Source: a virus. Taken from it: a DNA stretch of 64,000 nt. Numbering within the stretch: position 1 is the stretch's first letter; the number at the start of each line of letters is the position of its first letter. Shown piece after piece: positions 1 to 10,200 of this stretch. The stretch spans positions 4,876 through 68,875 of IMG/VR virus record IMGVR_UViG_3300020185_000041. The stretch is one strand, 5' to 3'. Both the position numbers and the translations under genes were made by a program. Below the pieces are notes generated by a model, which ran no database searches, was not told the origin of the DNA, and worked only from the letters and a program-made list of their open reading frames with translations.

Positions 1-114
1 CTAGGTGAATCAAGACCTCTCTCCGATCCATCAAAAGCATCGGAGTATGCTAAAAACAGCAGAGTCCCAATAAGCAAGCCCTTAGGTACTGGTCTTCACC
101 CTCGAAACAGGTAA
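1..114 (+). CDS. 3' end of an upstream gene (partial, unknown)
   Basis: Frame 1 is open from base 1 to TAA 112-114, which overlaps the terminase ATG (TAATG coupling). Confidence 0.45.
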   Translation, partial: LGESRPLSDPSKASEYAKNSRVPISKPLGTGLHPRNR

Positions 115-1880
115 TGGAAGATAAAACTAAACAGCTTGAGGATCTTATCCGTATCGATCCTGAGGTTTGGTTCAGTACATTTGCGGTAATCAAGGACAAA
201 CGGGGTAGGGATATTAAGCCCAAGCCGAATACCTTGCAGAAACGAATGTTCAATCATTATCGAAAATGTCAGATCGAGGATAAACCGTGCAAAATGATCA
301 TATTAAAGCCTCGTCAAAAGGGTGCTAGCACCTGCGCTCAGGCTTTGACATATCACCACATGCGCAAACATGCGACCCTTGCCGGATCCTTGATGGGTGA
401 TATCAGTGGAACTTCGGATAAAGTTTTTGAGATCTATCGTCGCTATGCTGAGAATGACTTATTTCCTTGGGAATCTAATGGAGCGGCTAGCGTATTGGAC
501 GGTGGATCCTTGGTTGATTTGATTAAATTAAGAAGCGGTAGTATTTATGGTAAAGAAACCGCGGGATCCAAAAATGCTGGTCGATCTGGTACCATTCAGG
601 TTGGTAATATGACGGAGGTTGCATTCTGGCCTATGCAGGGTGAAAGAGACCCTGCTCTTGGATATTTGCAGAGTTTATATGACGGTGACAATTTATCCTT
701 GGTTGTCGCAGACTCTACCCCTAATGGCCCGGCCGGTTGGTTTTATCGTACCTGGGTGCAAGACAATGAATGGGCGAAGATATTCGCTGCATGGTTTGAA
801 TTTGAGGACTCCATAGTCCCATTTGAAACTGATGAACATAAACAAGACTTCATTGATACCATGACGGAGGATGAAAAGTCTGAAATGGAACGCTTTGAAG
901 TAAATTATGAACAATTGCATTGGCGTCGTCGTGTTCTCCAGGACAAATGCAATGGGGACATTAGTAAATTTCGTCAGGAATATCCTAGTGATCCTGAAGA
1001 ATGTTTCTTAATGAGTTCTCGTCCAAGATTTCACACTGCAAATCTTGATAAAATGATCAAGGCCAGCGCTAATGTAACCAGTAAAATTGGAACTCTTACC
1101 CTTCAGGGCGAAGGAAAGACCTCTAGCTTTCTTCCTGATCGTGCGGGCTCTTGGAAAATCTACGAAGAACCTGAGCATGACTCCAAATATTTAATCTCTG
1201 CGGATACATGTACCGGGGAAGACCAACAAACCCAAGGAATCTCTGCAGATCCTGACTACCACAGCGTACAAATTTGGAAAGCCCCCTTTGAAGACTGGCA
1301 TGGTAACTGGCATGTCCCCCGTTTGGTCGCGATTCACCATAGTCGTTTGGACATTGGAATCTTGGCCCAGGAGGTTGAAGCCGCATCAAAATGGTATGGT
1401 GATGCATTTATCATCCCTGAGGTTAATAATTCTGGTCTGGCATTGTTAAAGTACCTGCTCGATATGGGATTATCTGTATATCGCCGTAGAAAATTTAATG
1501 ATTCCATGGGTATGGTTGAAAAGAGCTATGGCTGGTCCACTGATAAAATTACTCGAAAGACAATTATTGATCATTTGGCCGCTGAATTGATCGAAGAAAA
1601 TTTAGATATCCCGGATGAAGATGTACTTCGCGAGATGAAAACCTTTGTAATTAATGATCGTGGCAAGCCTGAAGCTGCTCCCGGCCATCATGACGACCAT
1701 GTCCTAGCTACAGCCATTGCATTGTATAACATCGATAGTGCATCGACATACAAGAGCCCGAAAAAGAAGAAGATTACTAATCGCATGCTTCATAAAAACC
1801 CTAGCCTTCTATGTCCTGACGGCTTCATGCGCGTGCCTCTCAATGCATTGAAGAAGAATTACAAGCGGTTGAGACCATAA
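114..1880 (+). CDS. terL: Terminase large subunit
   Basis: Walker A-like IILKPRQKGAST, Walker B-like GNMTEVAFW, DSTPNG coupling motif, RNase H-like nuclease half (LISADT, IPEVNN, HDDHVLATAIA). Confidence 0.93.
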   Translation: MEDKTKQLEDLIRIDPEVWFSTFAVIKDKRGRDIKPKPNTLQKRMFNHYRKCQIEDKPCKMIILKPRQKGASTCAQALTYHHMRKHATLAGSLMGDISGTSDKVFEIYRRYAENDLFPWESNGAASVLDGGSLVDLIKLRSGSIYGKETAGSKNAGRSGTIQVGNMTEVAFWPMQGERDPALGYLQSLYDGDNLSLVVADSTPNGPAGWFYRTWVQDNEWAKIFAAWFEFEDSIVPFETDEHKQDFIDTMTEDEKSEMERFEVNYEQLHWRRRVLQDKCNGDISKFRQEYPSDPEECFLMSSRPRFHTANLDKMIKASANVTSKIGTLTLQGEGKTSSFLPDRAGSWKIYEEPEHDSKYLISADTCTGEDQQTQGISADPDYHSVQIWKAPFEDWHGNWHVPRLVAIHHSRLDIGILAQEVEAASKWYGDAFIIPEVNNSGLALLKYLLDMGLSVYRRRKFNDSMGMVEKSYGWSTDKITRKTIIDHLAAELIEENLDIPDEDVLREMKTFVINDRGKPEAAPGHHDDHVLATAIALYNIDSASTYKSPKKKKITNRMLHKNPSLLCPDGFMRVPLNALKKNYKRLRP

Positions 1881-1897
1881 TACCCCGGATCTACCCT
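1862..1897 (+). promoter_or_regulatory. Putative late promoter (CAAGCGGTTG box; TTGAGA-17-TACCCT)
   Basis: Member of a repeated CAWNCGRTTG motif family; 43 nt before ATG 1905. Confidence 0.65.
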
Positions 1898-1904
1898 TTC
1901 GCTT

Positions 1905-4274
1905 ATGGCAGAGAAAACCCGCGAAGAATTTCTAGCAGAGTTCGCAAAAAATATTTTTGACGAAACTTATTTCAGCACATTTACCGACGACAATGCTTTT
2001 TTTGATGCGGCGAAGTACCTTAAGGACAACGGTATTCCGGTATCCGAGTTAGACAAGCAGTTTAAAAAGCTTCAACAAAAGTATGTAGGTTCCAGGCCGC
2101 GGGCTAAAGACAATCTGTTCGACATTATCGGTTCCGAGTACGGAAGATCCGAGGTTAAGGGTATGCGAGATCGTTTCGGTTTTGACTCTACTAAAGAGTT
2201 TAACTCTCGAACCGAAGCTCGCAAAGAAGAGAAAGCGGCGGAAGCGCTAGAAGAACAGCCCGCCGAACCTGCCGAGGTAGCCGAAGCGGTCGAGCCTCAG
2301 GCAGAAGCAGTGCAAGCCGCTCCAAAAGAGCAAGTAGATGTAGACCAAGGACCTACTTTAGAAAATCCAGCCGGTCTTGCCGCTATGGCGGACAATCTTG
2401 GCGCTAGATTTCGCGACCCTAGGATAAAAAGTATACCGGCAATACAGCGCCGGAACATGGAAAAAGCCCTTAACGCCCAAGCGTTAAGAGGTATAGATGA
2501 GGATATCGCAAAAAAAAGACGGGAAGACCGCACCCAAAAAATATTTGACGACCGGGACGCCGATTTAAAAGAAGCTTGGGCACGAAGCCGCACCGGTAGA
2601 AGAACAGGTCTTACTTTTGATGAGCTTGATGCGGATACCCAAGCAGATATGCGCAACAGGTATAACGATAGCCGCGAGGCAGGAGCTTATTCGGACGAAA
2701 AGTACGAAGCGTACAAAGAAAATACTAAAGATCCTTTGGAAAAAGAGTATGAGCGTAAACTCAAAGCATTGCAGGAGAGTCGTGCATTACCCCCTCAAGA
2801 TCCTTTTATTGAAGAGACTAAGACCGACGCTATGTTTACGCAGCCCAGAGGTCCGGAATCCTTCGAAATGGATCCAGCTGCAGCTGCATCCGCAAGCGCT
2901 TTCTATGACAACGCGGTGAAAAGGGCCGCAAGCCTGGAAGATCCAGCTGCATCCGCAAACGCTTTCTATGACAACGCGGTGAAAAGGGCCGCAAGCCTGG
3001 AAGGTATGCCTCCTAGTGAATCAGGTTATTCATCAGCAGATTCAAAACCTTTTCAAGTAGATACAACATCTAAAGATAAATTTGGTCCTCGTAGAGAGTA
3101 TACATTTACAGATCCTACTAGGCCTGAAAAGCCTGTAGCTCCCGAATCGTTTGAATTATTCATGCCTCCTAGTGAATCAGGTTATTCATCAGCAGATTCA
3201 AAACCTTTTCAAGTAGATACAACATCTAAAGATAAATTTGGACCCCGTAGAGAGTATGTGTTTACAGATCCTACGAGGCCTCAAAAGCCAATAGCACCTG
3301 AATCGTTTGAATTATTCATGCCTCCTAACGAAGCAGGTTATTCATCAGCAGATTCAAAACCTTTTCAAGTAGATACAACATCTAAAGATAAATTTGGTCC
3401 TCGTAGAGAGTATATGTTTACAGATCCTACTAGGCCGGAGAAACCTATAGCTTCCGAATCATTTGAATTATTCATGCCTCCTAGTGAAGCAGGTTATTCA
3501 TCATCAGATTCAAAACCTTCTCCGGTAGATACAACATCTAAAGATCCGACAGCCGCCGCAAACGCTTTCTATGACAACGCGGTGAAAAGGGCCGCAAGCC
3601 TGGAAGGTATGCCTCCTAGTGAATCAGGTTATTCATCAGCAGATTCAAAACCTTCTCCGGTAGATACAACATCTAAAGATAAATTTGGTCCTCGTAGAGA
3701 GTATACATTTACAGATCCTACTAGGCCGGAGAAACCTATAGCTTCCGAATCATTTGAATTATTCATGCCTGAAGCTAACCCGGGTAAAAGCCTTACGTCT
3801 CAGCAGCCTACTTTGGACGAGCCGGTATCAGTACCTCCTTCGCAAGATTCGCTTAAACCCAAACCTGCATATACCGCTGAAAATGCACAGCAAGATTACG
3901 ACGAGATCAAAGCTATGCGTGACATGGAAGAAGCGAAGCGAATTAGTCAGCTTAATTCTCAGATTCAATTGACCAACATGCAGAAATCTAAGGCTCAGAA
4001 TATTGCAGATACTAAAGCTTATCACAACCAGACCGCACCAACCTACGGTAAACGAAATGACGGCACTTACGGGATTATGCACGACCCCCGCAGCCCTCAA
4101 GCAATGAAAGAGCGCTCCGTCGTTATGCAGGGTATAAACAACTCTAAATCAGGTGATCCTATGCAAGACTGGATGGACTCAAGAAAAGAAGAGGACGAGC
4201 GTAAGCGTAGGCAGCAAAAATTCGTATCTCAGTCGAAGGCTAGTCCGTTTTACAATAAAAGTATTTTCGGGTAA
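1905..4274 (+). CDS. Hypothetical virion/ejection protein with internal tandem repeats
   Basis: 789-aa ORF between terL and the giant protein; low-complexity, charged; modular repeats at 2870-3770. Confidence 0.7.
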   Translation: MAEKTREEFLAEFAKNIFDETYFSTFTDDNAFFDAAKYLKDNGIPVSELDKQFKKLQQKYVGSRPRAKDNLFDIIGSEYGRSEVKGMRDRFGFDSTKEFNSRTEARKEEKAAEALEEQPAEPAEVAEAVEPQAEAVQAAPKEQVDVDQGPTLENPAGLAAMADNLGARFRDPRIKSIPAIQRRNMEKALNAQALRGIDEDIAKKRREDRTQKIFDDRDADLKEAWARSRTGRRTGLTFDELDADTQADMRNRYNDSREAGAYSDEKYEAYKENTKDPLEKEYERKLKALQESRALPPQDPFIEETKTDAMFTQPRGPESFEMDPAAAASASAFYDNAVKRAASLEDPAASANAFYDNAVKRAASLEGMPPSESGYSSADSKPFQVDTTSKDKFGPRREYTFTDPTRPEKPVAPESFELFMPPSESGYSSADSKPFQVDTTSKDKFGPRREYVFTDPTRPQKPIAPESFELFMPPNEAGYSSADSKPFQVDTTSKDKFGPRREYMFTDPTRPEKPIASESFELFMPPSEAGYSSSDSKPSPVDTTSKDPTAAANAFYDNAVKRAASLEGMPPSESGYSSADSKPSPVDTTSKDKFGPRREYTFTDPTRPEKPIASESFELFMPEANPGKSLTSQQPTLDEPVSVPPSQDSLKPKPAYTAENAQQDYDEIKAMRDMEEAKRISQLNSQIQLTNMQKSKAQNIADTKAYHNQTAPTYGKRNDGTYGIMHDPRSPQAMKERSVVMQGINNSKSGDPMQDWMDSRKEEDERKRRQQKFVSQSKASPFYNKSIFG
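2870..3770 (+). repeat. In-frame mosaic tandem repeats (three module types, about 141-nt main unit)
   Basis: Near-identical DNA copies encoding MPPSESGYSSADSKPFQVDTTSKD (5x), KFGPRREYxFTDPTRPxKPxAxESFELF (4x), AxAFYDNAVKRAASLE (3x). Confidence 0.9.
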
Positions 4275-4288
4275 AACCGCATTAGACT

Positions 4289-7200
4289 ATGTCCATGTTC
4301 GACGAGCTAGATCTCGGAGCTAAAGACTACAGCGGTAAGGGCGAAGGCTCTGGCTTTGAAAAGTTTTTAAGTAAACCAAGTCCCCGACCATACCAACCTT
4401 TTGGCGGACCTATGCAGCAGGCTTACCAGCCGCAACCCGAGCCCGTTGACTACAGCTATGGAGAAGCACCCGTTGACCAAGGACCTACGTTTTACGACGA
4501 TTTAGATGCATACGAGCAGCTAAAGAATGGGCATAAGCAGATTAGTCAGTTTTCACGCGAAAACTCTAAATCCGCTAAGCGGTATGAAGACTTGTACGGA
4601 GAATTCATGGACAATGAGTTCAAACCTTTCTTTGAAAGCGTTGGAGGTTTTGGAGACTTTGAGTCTGATGACGAATATATCTCCGCGGTTGATGAAATAT
4701 ATAAGTCCAATCTCAAGGCATCTCAGCAGGAGGACGGTTGGCTTGGGGCCTCTGACGAAAAAACTAGGGCATTAGAGGGTTTAAAGAATTTTCAGCAGTG
4801 GGATCACCCCAACGGTATGCGGGCCAAGTTCCTCAGGCTAAAAGCCGAAAAGGATAAGCGTCGAGAAGTTGCCGATAGAGCTAAAGATGAAGAGTTTAAA
4901 TTCTTCGAACAGCTGACAAACATTTCTATCCCAGCCCGCGAGGCATTGGACGAATCTCTTAAGTCTCGTAATAAAGCTCCAGGTAGCGCCAAAAAGATGA
5001 ACGAAATGCTCGACGGCATGAGCTGGGAGCAGCCTATCGTCGGATACGACGGGGAGGTACAAAATTTAGAAAGCGTAGATCCGAGAGCAAAGATCAATCC
5101 GGCCATCGGATATGACGGTCAGGGTAATAAATCTAGCAAAGCTCAGAAAGAGCGAGTTGCTGCAGCTATGCGCGGAGATATCAAAGGCGTATTATCAAGA
5201 AGGCAGCATATCGCCAAAGGGCGCCAGCTTAGGGACAAAGGATTTTTCTTTTCCGAATCTGGATTGCTTGACGGCAGACCCATAGGCATGAGCCGTCGCG
5301 ATGTCGATTTACTCGATATTGATGATATGCGTAAGGCTGGCATGACTAGCTTCCAGGGCAAACCATTGGACCAGGCTATGGCTGATCTTGGTGGTGAAGA
5401 GCGTTTGGAAATGGCTAAGGTCATGCAATCTGTATACTCGACAAAGAGTAATTACGAAGACGCTCAGTTAAAATTTCTTAAAGCGGCGGGCGGTCCTAAA
5501 GCTGACAAGTTGCGCGATGCTATGGAAGCTGCGCGTGAAGATATGCAAAAGACTATTGGTCTGGCTGCTAGCTATGGTCTGGACAACGAATTGTTCGAAC
5601 AGGCAGAGACTACTGGCTGGCTCTCGGCTATGGGCAATGCTGTTCAGCGTGGTGCTCTGATGAGCGAGATGAGTAATTATACTCCTGACTTTCTGACTAA
5701 TACATTGGATGCGGATGAGATGCAGCGATTTATCGAAATCGCATCGGAGATCGAGAAACTCCCGACTAGCTCCACGATGAAGCGTGTCAAAGAGACTAAG
5801 TCTGATGGCTTTCTCGATGCTATGGGAAATCTATTATTTGATAATCCCGCTGCGATTCCCGAAATGTTCGTGGAGTCACTATCATCATTTCTGCCTAGCA
5901 CAATTAAATGGCTTCTTCCATCGGCTGCTGCTGGTGCAGCGGCGGGAACAATTGTTGCTCCCGGCGCAGGAACCGCGGCCGGTGCCGCAATTGGTGCTCG
6001 TGCATCCTGGGGTGTCGCATCATTTGTACTTGAAGCCTCCGGCATGGCACTTGAAGGCATGCAGGAATTAAACATCGACTGGAAGAATCCAAAAGTCTTT
6101 GCCGCTGCCTGGACGAACGAGAGCATACGGAGCAAGATTCAAAAGAAGATGGTACAGAAGGGCACACCTATCGCCATCGCTGACATGCTTACTGGTATGA
6201 TGGCTGGCAAGGTTATGGGCGTAGTTAACCATACCGGCAACGCCGTGTTCAAAGGTGGTAAGCTTTTAAATAAGGAAGCATTTAATGCGGCCAATGGAGC
6301 TGTCCCGAGGTTTAAGCTCATGCAAAAGACCCGCAATGCTGCGGCTGAGCTCGGTGCAGACTCTTTCATGGGTATGTCCGGGGAATATCTCGGACAATGG
6401 GCAAGCAAAGAACCTGGCGAAGATTGGGACTGGGATGCTATCGCTGCTGAAGGATTGGTCGGAGTTGGCCCTGGAGCTGTTGGCGCTGCACTTGAAATGC
6501 GCGGCCCGCGAGCTAATTACTTTGGCAATGCACCTATCGATATTACTGGAGAAACTCAGACAGAGACTGGATCAACAGGTACAGTAAACCGTGCCGGATA
6601 TCAGGCGAATTACCAAACCTTTAACGATCCCGAATCCATGATGGCTCATTTCGAGGATGTTGTCCCTCAGGGCACAACTCCCGAGGATCAGGATCGTAGG
6701 GCTGCCTCGCTAGACTTTACCCGTCGCTGGGTTACTACCATGTTTAAGATTCGTCCCGAAGCAATGGCTGGATTGAAGGTAGTAATTAGCGACCGTACTC
6801 CTGATGCAAATCTTAAAAATCGTGGAACTTTTGAATCTCGGGACGGTAATAACATCATCTATTTAAACGAGAAAGAATTCGCACAGGATCCCATGGGTGC
6901 AATGCTTCACGAATCTGGTCACTTCGCCCGCATCATGATGCTCAAAGACGAAGAGCTCACGAAGCTATGGGGCGGATTAAAAGAGGGTGAACAGCTCGAC
7001 GCTTATACTCAATACTATACAAAGGACTATGAGCGCAGCTTCGAGGAGCATGATGAAAAGACTCAGAAAAAGATCCGTCGTGCATTTAATAAGACTGATA
7101 ATGAAGTCCTCGCGGAAGAGTGGTTTTCTTACCAGTGGGCAAGAGTTCTTAATTCAAATTACAAACCTGACAAATCTGTTAAAGGTCTTGAAAAGTTCTA

Positions 7201-10200
7201 TTCCGGGTTAGTTCGTCCATTATTCGCAGAGTTTACTGGGAGCGAAAAAGCAGCGGGTGATAAGAAGGGCAATGAATTCATGCTCGATGAGCAAATCCGA
7301 CAGTTCTTGGAGGATGGATTTACTCCTAGCATGCAGACCGAGATCGATAATGCTCAGGCTCAGCGAGATGCTCTTGGAGCTTTGTATGAAGAAGGTCTAC
7401 CTACTCAAAAAGAGTCAAACCGAGTAGGTAAGGCTAGAAGCAAAATACCTGGCCAGCTTCAGAAAAAGCTAAAGGCCATGGGCCTCGCGCCAAAGAAAGC
7501 GGCCCAAATGGCTAGAACATTAAACGCCATGGCGGGGGAGAAGATTTTGTCTACGGATCCATCGTTCTATACAAACATGGAGCGCGGATCCCTGAAAGCC
7601 GCTGGCGCTGATATTGAGGAGGGTAAACCAGAATCTGAAAAAAGGCCTGAGAATCAGGATCCGATGTTTATAGAATCAGCAGAAGGTCTAGCAAATGTAG
7701 AATCTGTTACAACTTTTGAAAAAGGGAGACCCAAGACTTATGAAAGTAAATCAGATAAAGAATCTCCTCGTGCTCAAGGAAGTAACCGTAAACAAGCTAG
7801 TCGTCCAGGAGCAGAGCCATACTTCGCTTCAGGCAGAGATTATGGCAGAGTTAAAGATAAGCTGGAAAAAGTTGAGAGTAAACGAGACAGGCCGTCAGCT
7901 AAAAAGACTCTCAAGAAAACAAAGAATTTAAGCAAGGATACGCTGAAGAGACAGGCAGAATCGCTCGAGAAAAAAGCACTAAACGATAGAGTCAGGCTTG
8001 CTAAAAAATCAGGGGAGGTTAATAGACGCAAAACAGCAGTTCAAGCCCGCGACGCGGAGATGAAAAGGTTGGATTTGTTGCTCAAGAATATGAGCAAGTC
8101 CGACAGGATTAAACTCGGGCAAGCGATTAACGCCGCAAAAAACGCTTTCCCCGACATTGAGACCTTAGACCGTAAGCTTGATGCCGCTATGGACGAGCTA
8201 GGTCCCGAAGCCTCCTCCGGTCAGATTATATCCAGACTTTTAAATCTGGAGGAGCTTACAGAGCTCGCCCCTCGGTCGTTTACTAAAGAGATGCGTAAAC
8301 TCCTCCAGGAATCACGAGGCAAGCTCGCGAGCAATGAGGATATTGAAGATGTATCGTTCGAAATTACCGATGAAATACTCGATATTAAAGAACAGCTTAG
8401 AACACGAGTTGATGAGATTGATAAGCAGATCGCTAGCCTTCAAAAAGGCGCAAGCCAAAAGCCAAAAGCCGCAAGCCAAAAGCCGGAGGCCGGAGAGACA
8501 ACAGTTGAGGCCGAAATTGACGCACTGAAAAATGCACGAAAGTTAGTAAAAACATACCTCGAAGCAGTAGCACCTGAAGAGTTGAGTATTGAGTGGAAAG
8601 ACATCCCCGCTCACGCAATTTTCTACGCTTCTAACGGTAAGAAGTATTCAGCAGAGCCTATGACTTTAGGACAGCTTGCCGATCGCCGGGACGGATTTAA
8701 GAAAGGACAACTTTACTACAAGAACAGCAAGGGCGAACTCGTTGAGGCCAAAAATGAAAGTCGTACCGGGCAAGAGATTTTATGGGACCATATTTCCAAG
8801 TTTGATATCGAACAAACCGGTAAGACAACAGACTTTGGATATACTAAAGACGGTGAACTGATAAAGCCTAGAAAGTACGAGCTTATATTGGAAGCGGTTA
8901 AGGCTTCGGCATACTTCCGTAAATCTGCAGCTCCTAAAAAAGACGGCGGCGTGGGAGCGGATCCCATGGGCGTCGCACGGTTTGAGAAAACAGGGCAGGG
9001 TCAATCATCTCCCAAAGGCTATGCCCGGAAAGACCCGCAAGGCTTCGAAGTTTCTTCTACGGCGAATACTAATATCGGAAAAGCTTTCAGCGCATTTAAC
9101 GCTAAACTTTCAGACGGTAAATCCATCGAGTATCATTATCAGGTTAATGTAAAAGGGTATCCCAGCATTAAAGCGGGCAAAGGTAAGCCGCCTAAGGACA
9201 CAAGTATAGATAGCTACGGGGAATACAAAAAACTTTGGGAGCGATTTGCTAAAGAAAACCCTAAAAAGATCAAAGCTCTAAAAAAAGCGGCTGCAGGCCG
9301 TGTTCTTACAGATCGCTATGCTACAACCGAAGTTAATCAGGCCAGAGCTTTATACGAGATACTGGCGGAACCTAGCAACAGAGAAGCCCAAAAAGGATAC
9401 CCCGCAGGCTATCAATCTAATAAAGGTACAAATTACGCAGCGCTTATCGCATCTCGTTTAGGCATTCTAAATTCCATGAAGCCGTTATCGAACGATCCTA
9501 GCCCTAGTGAAATATTGGCTTTGAAGATGGCTAATGGTCGAGCACTTGAATTGTTGGGAGATCCTACTGAGACTGAGAGAGATTTTAATAAAGCTATTTA
9601 TATAGCACTCCTTGAGGAATTGGGTGTTGAGCAAAGCGGTATGCTTAGTGACCCCGTACTCGTAGAAGAGAGAGATTACGCAGAGACCGAGGAGTATACT
9701 AGAGGTGCTCTGGAGAAAATATCAAACGGTACACCTGTCGTAGCTGCGATAGCGGGTATTCCAAGCACTTCAAAACGCCAAGCTTTTCAAAGACAAGTTC
9801 GTGATGACGACGCCGCGTCTGCTCAGACCGAAATTGTAGAGTCTAAAAAGATGGATCGTCCGGACGAGACAAACCCTGTCTGGGAAGAGTATGGAAAGAA
9901 GGGCCAAGAAAAAGCGGCGCCTGAAATTAAAAGAAAAGGGACTAGTGAGGTCGTATTAAATATTAACGGTCTCAAAGTACCTTCAGCTAGAGCTTACAAA
10001 GCCCGCAGGCCAGACGAAGATTTAGATAAACCCGTACCAGAAACCGAGCAGCACCAATCCTTTACTAGAGGAAAAGTTTATGAAACTTTTGACGTTGTAA
10101 CCTCTTTTGCCGAGGGGCGTACTAAAAGAGAGGTCGCTAAGTTTAATAAAAACCGGACTAACATTCAAAAGTCTGAAGAGTTACCGACTAATCCGATATC

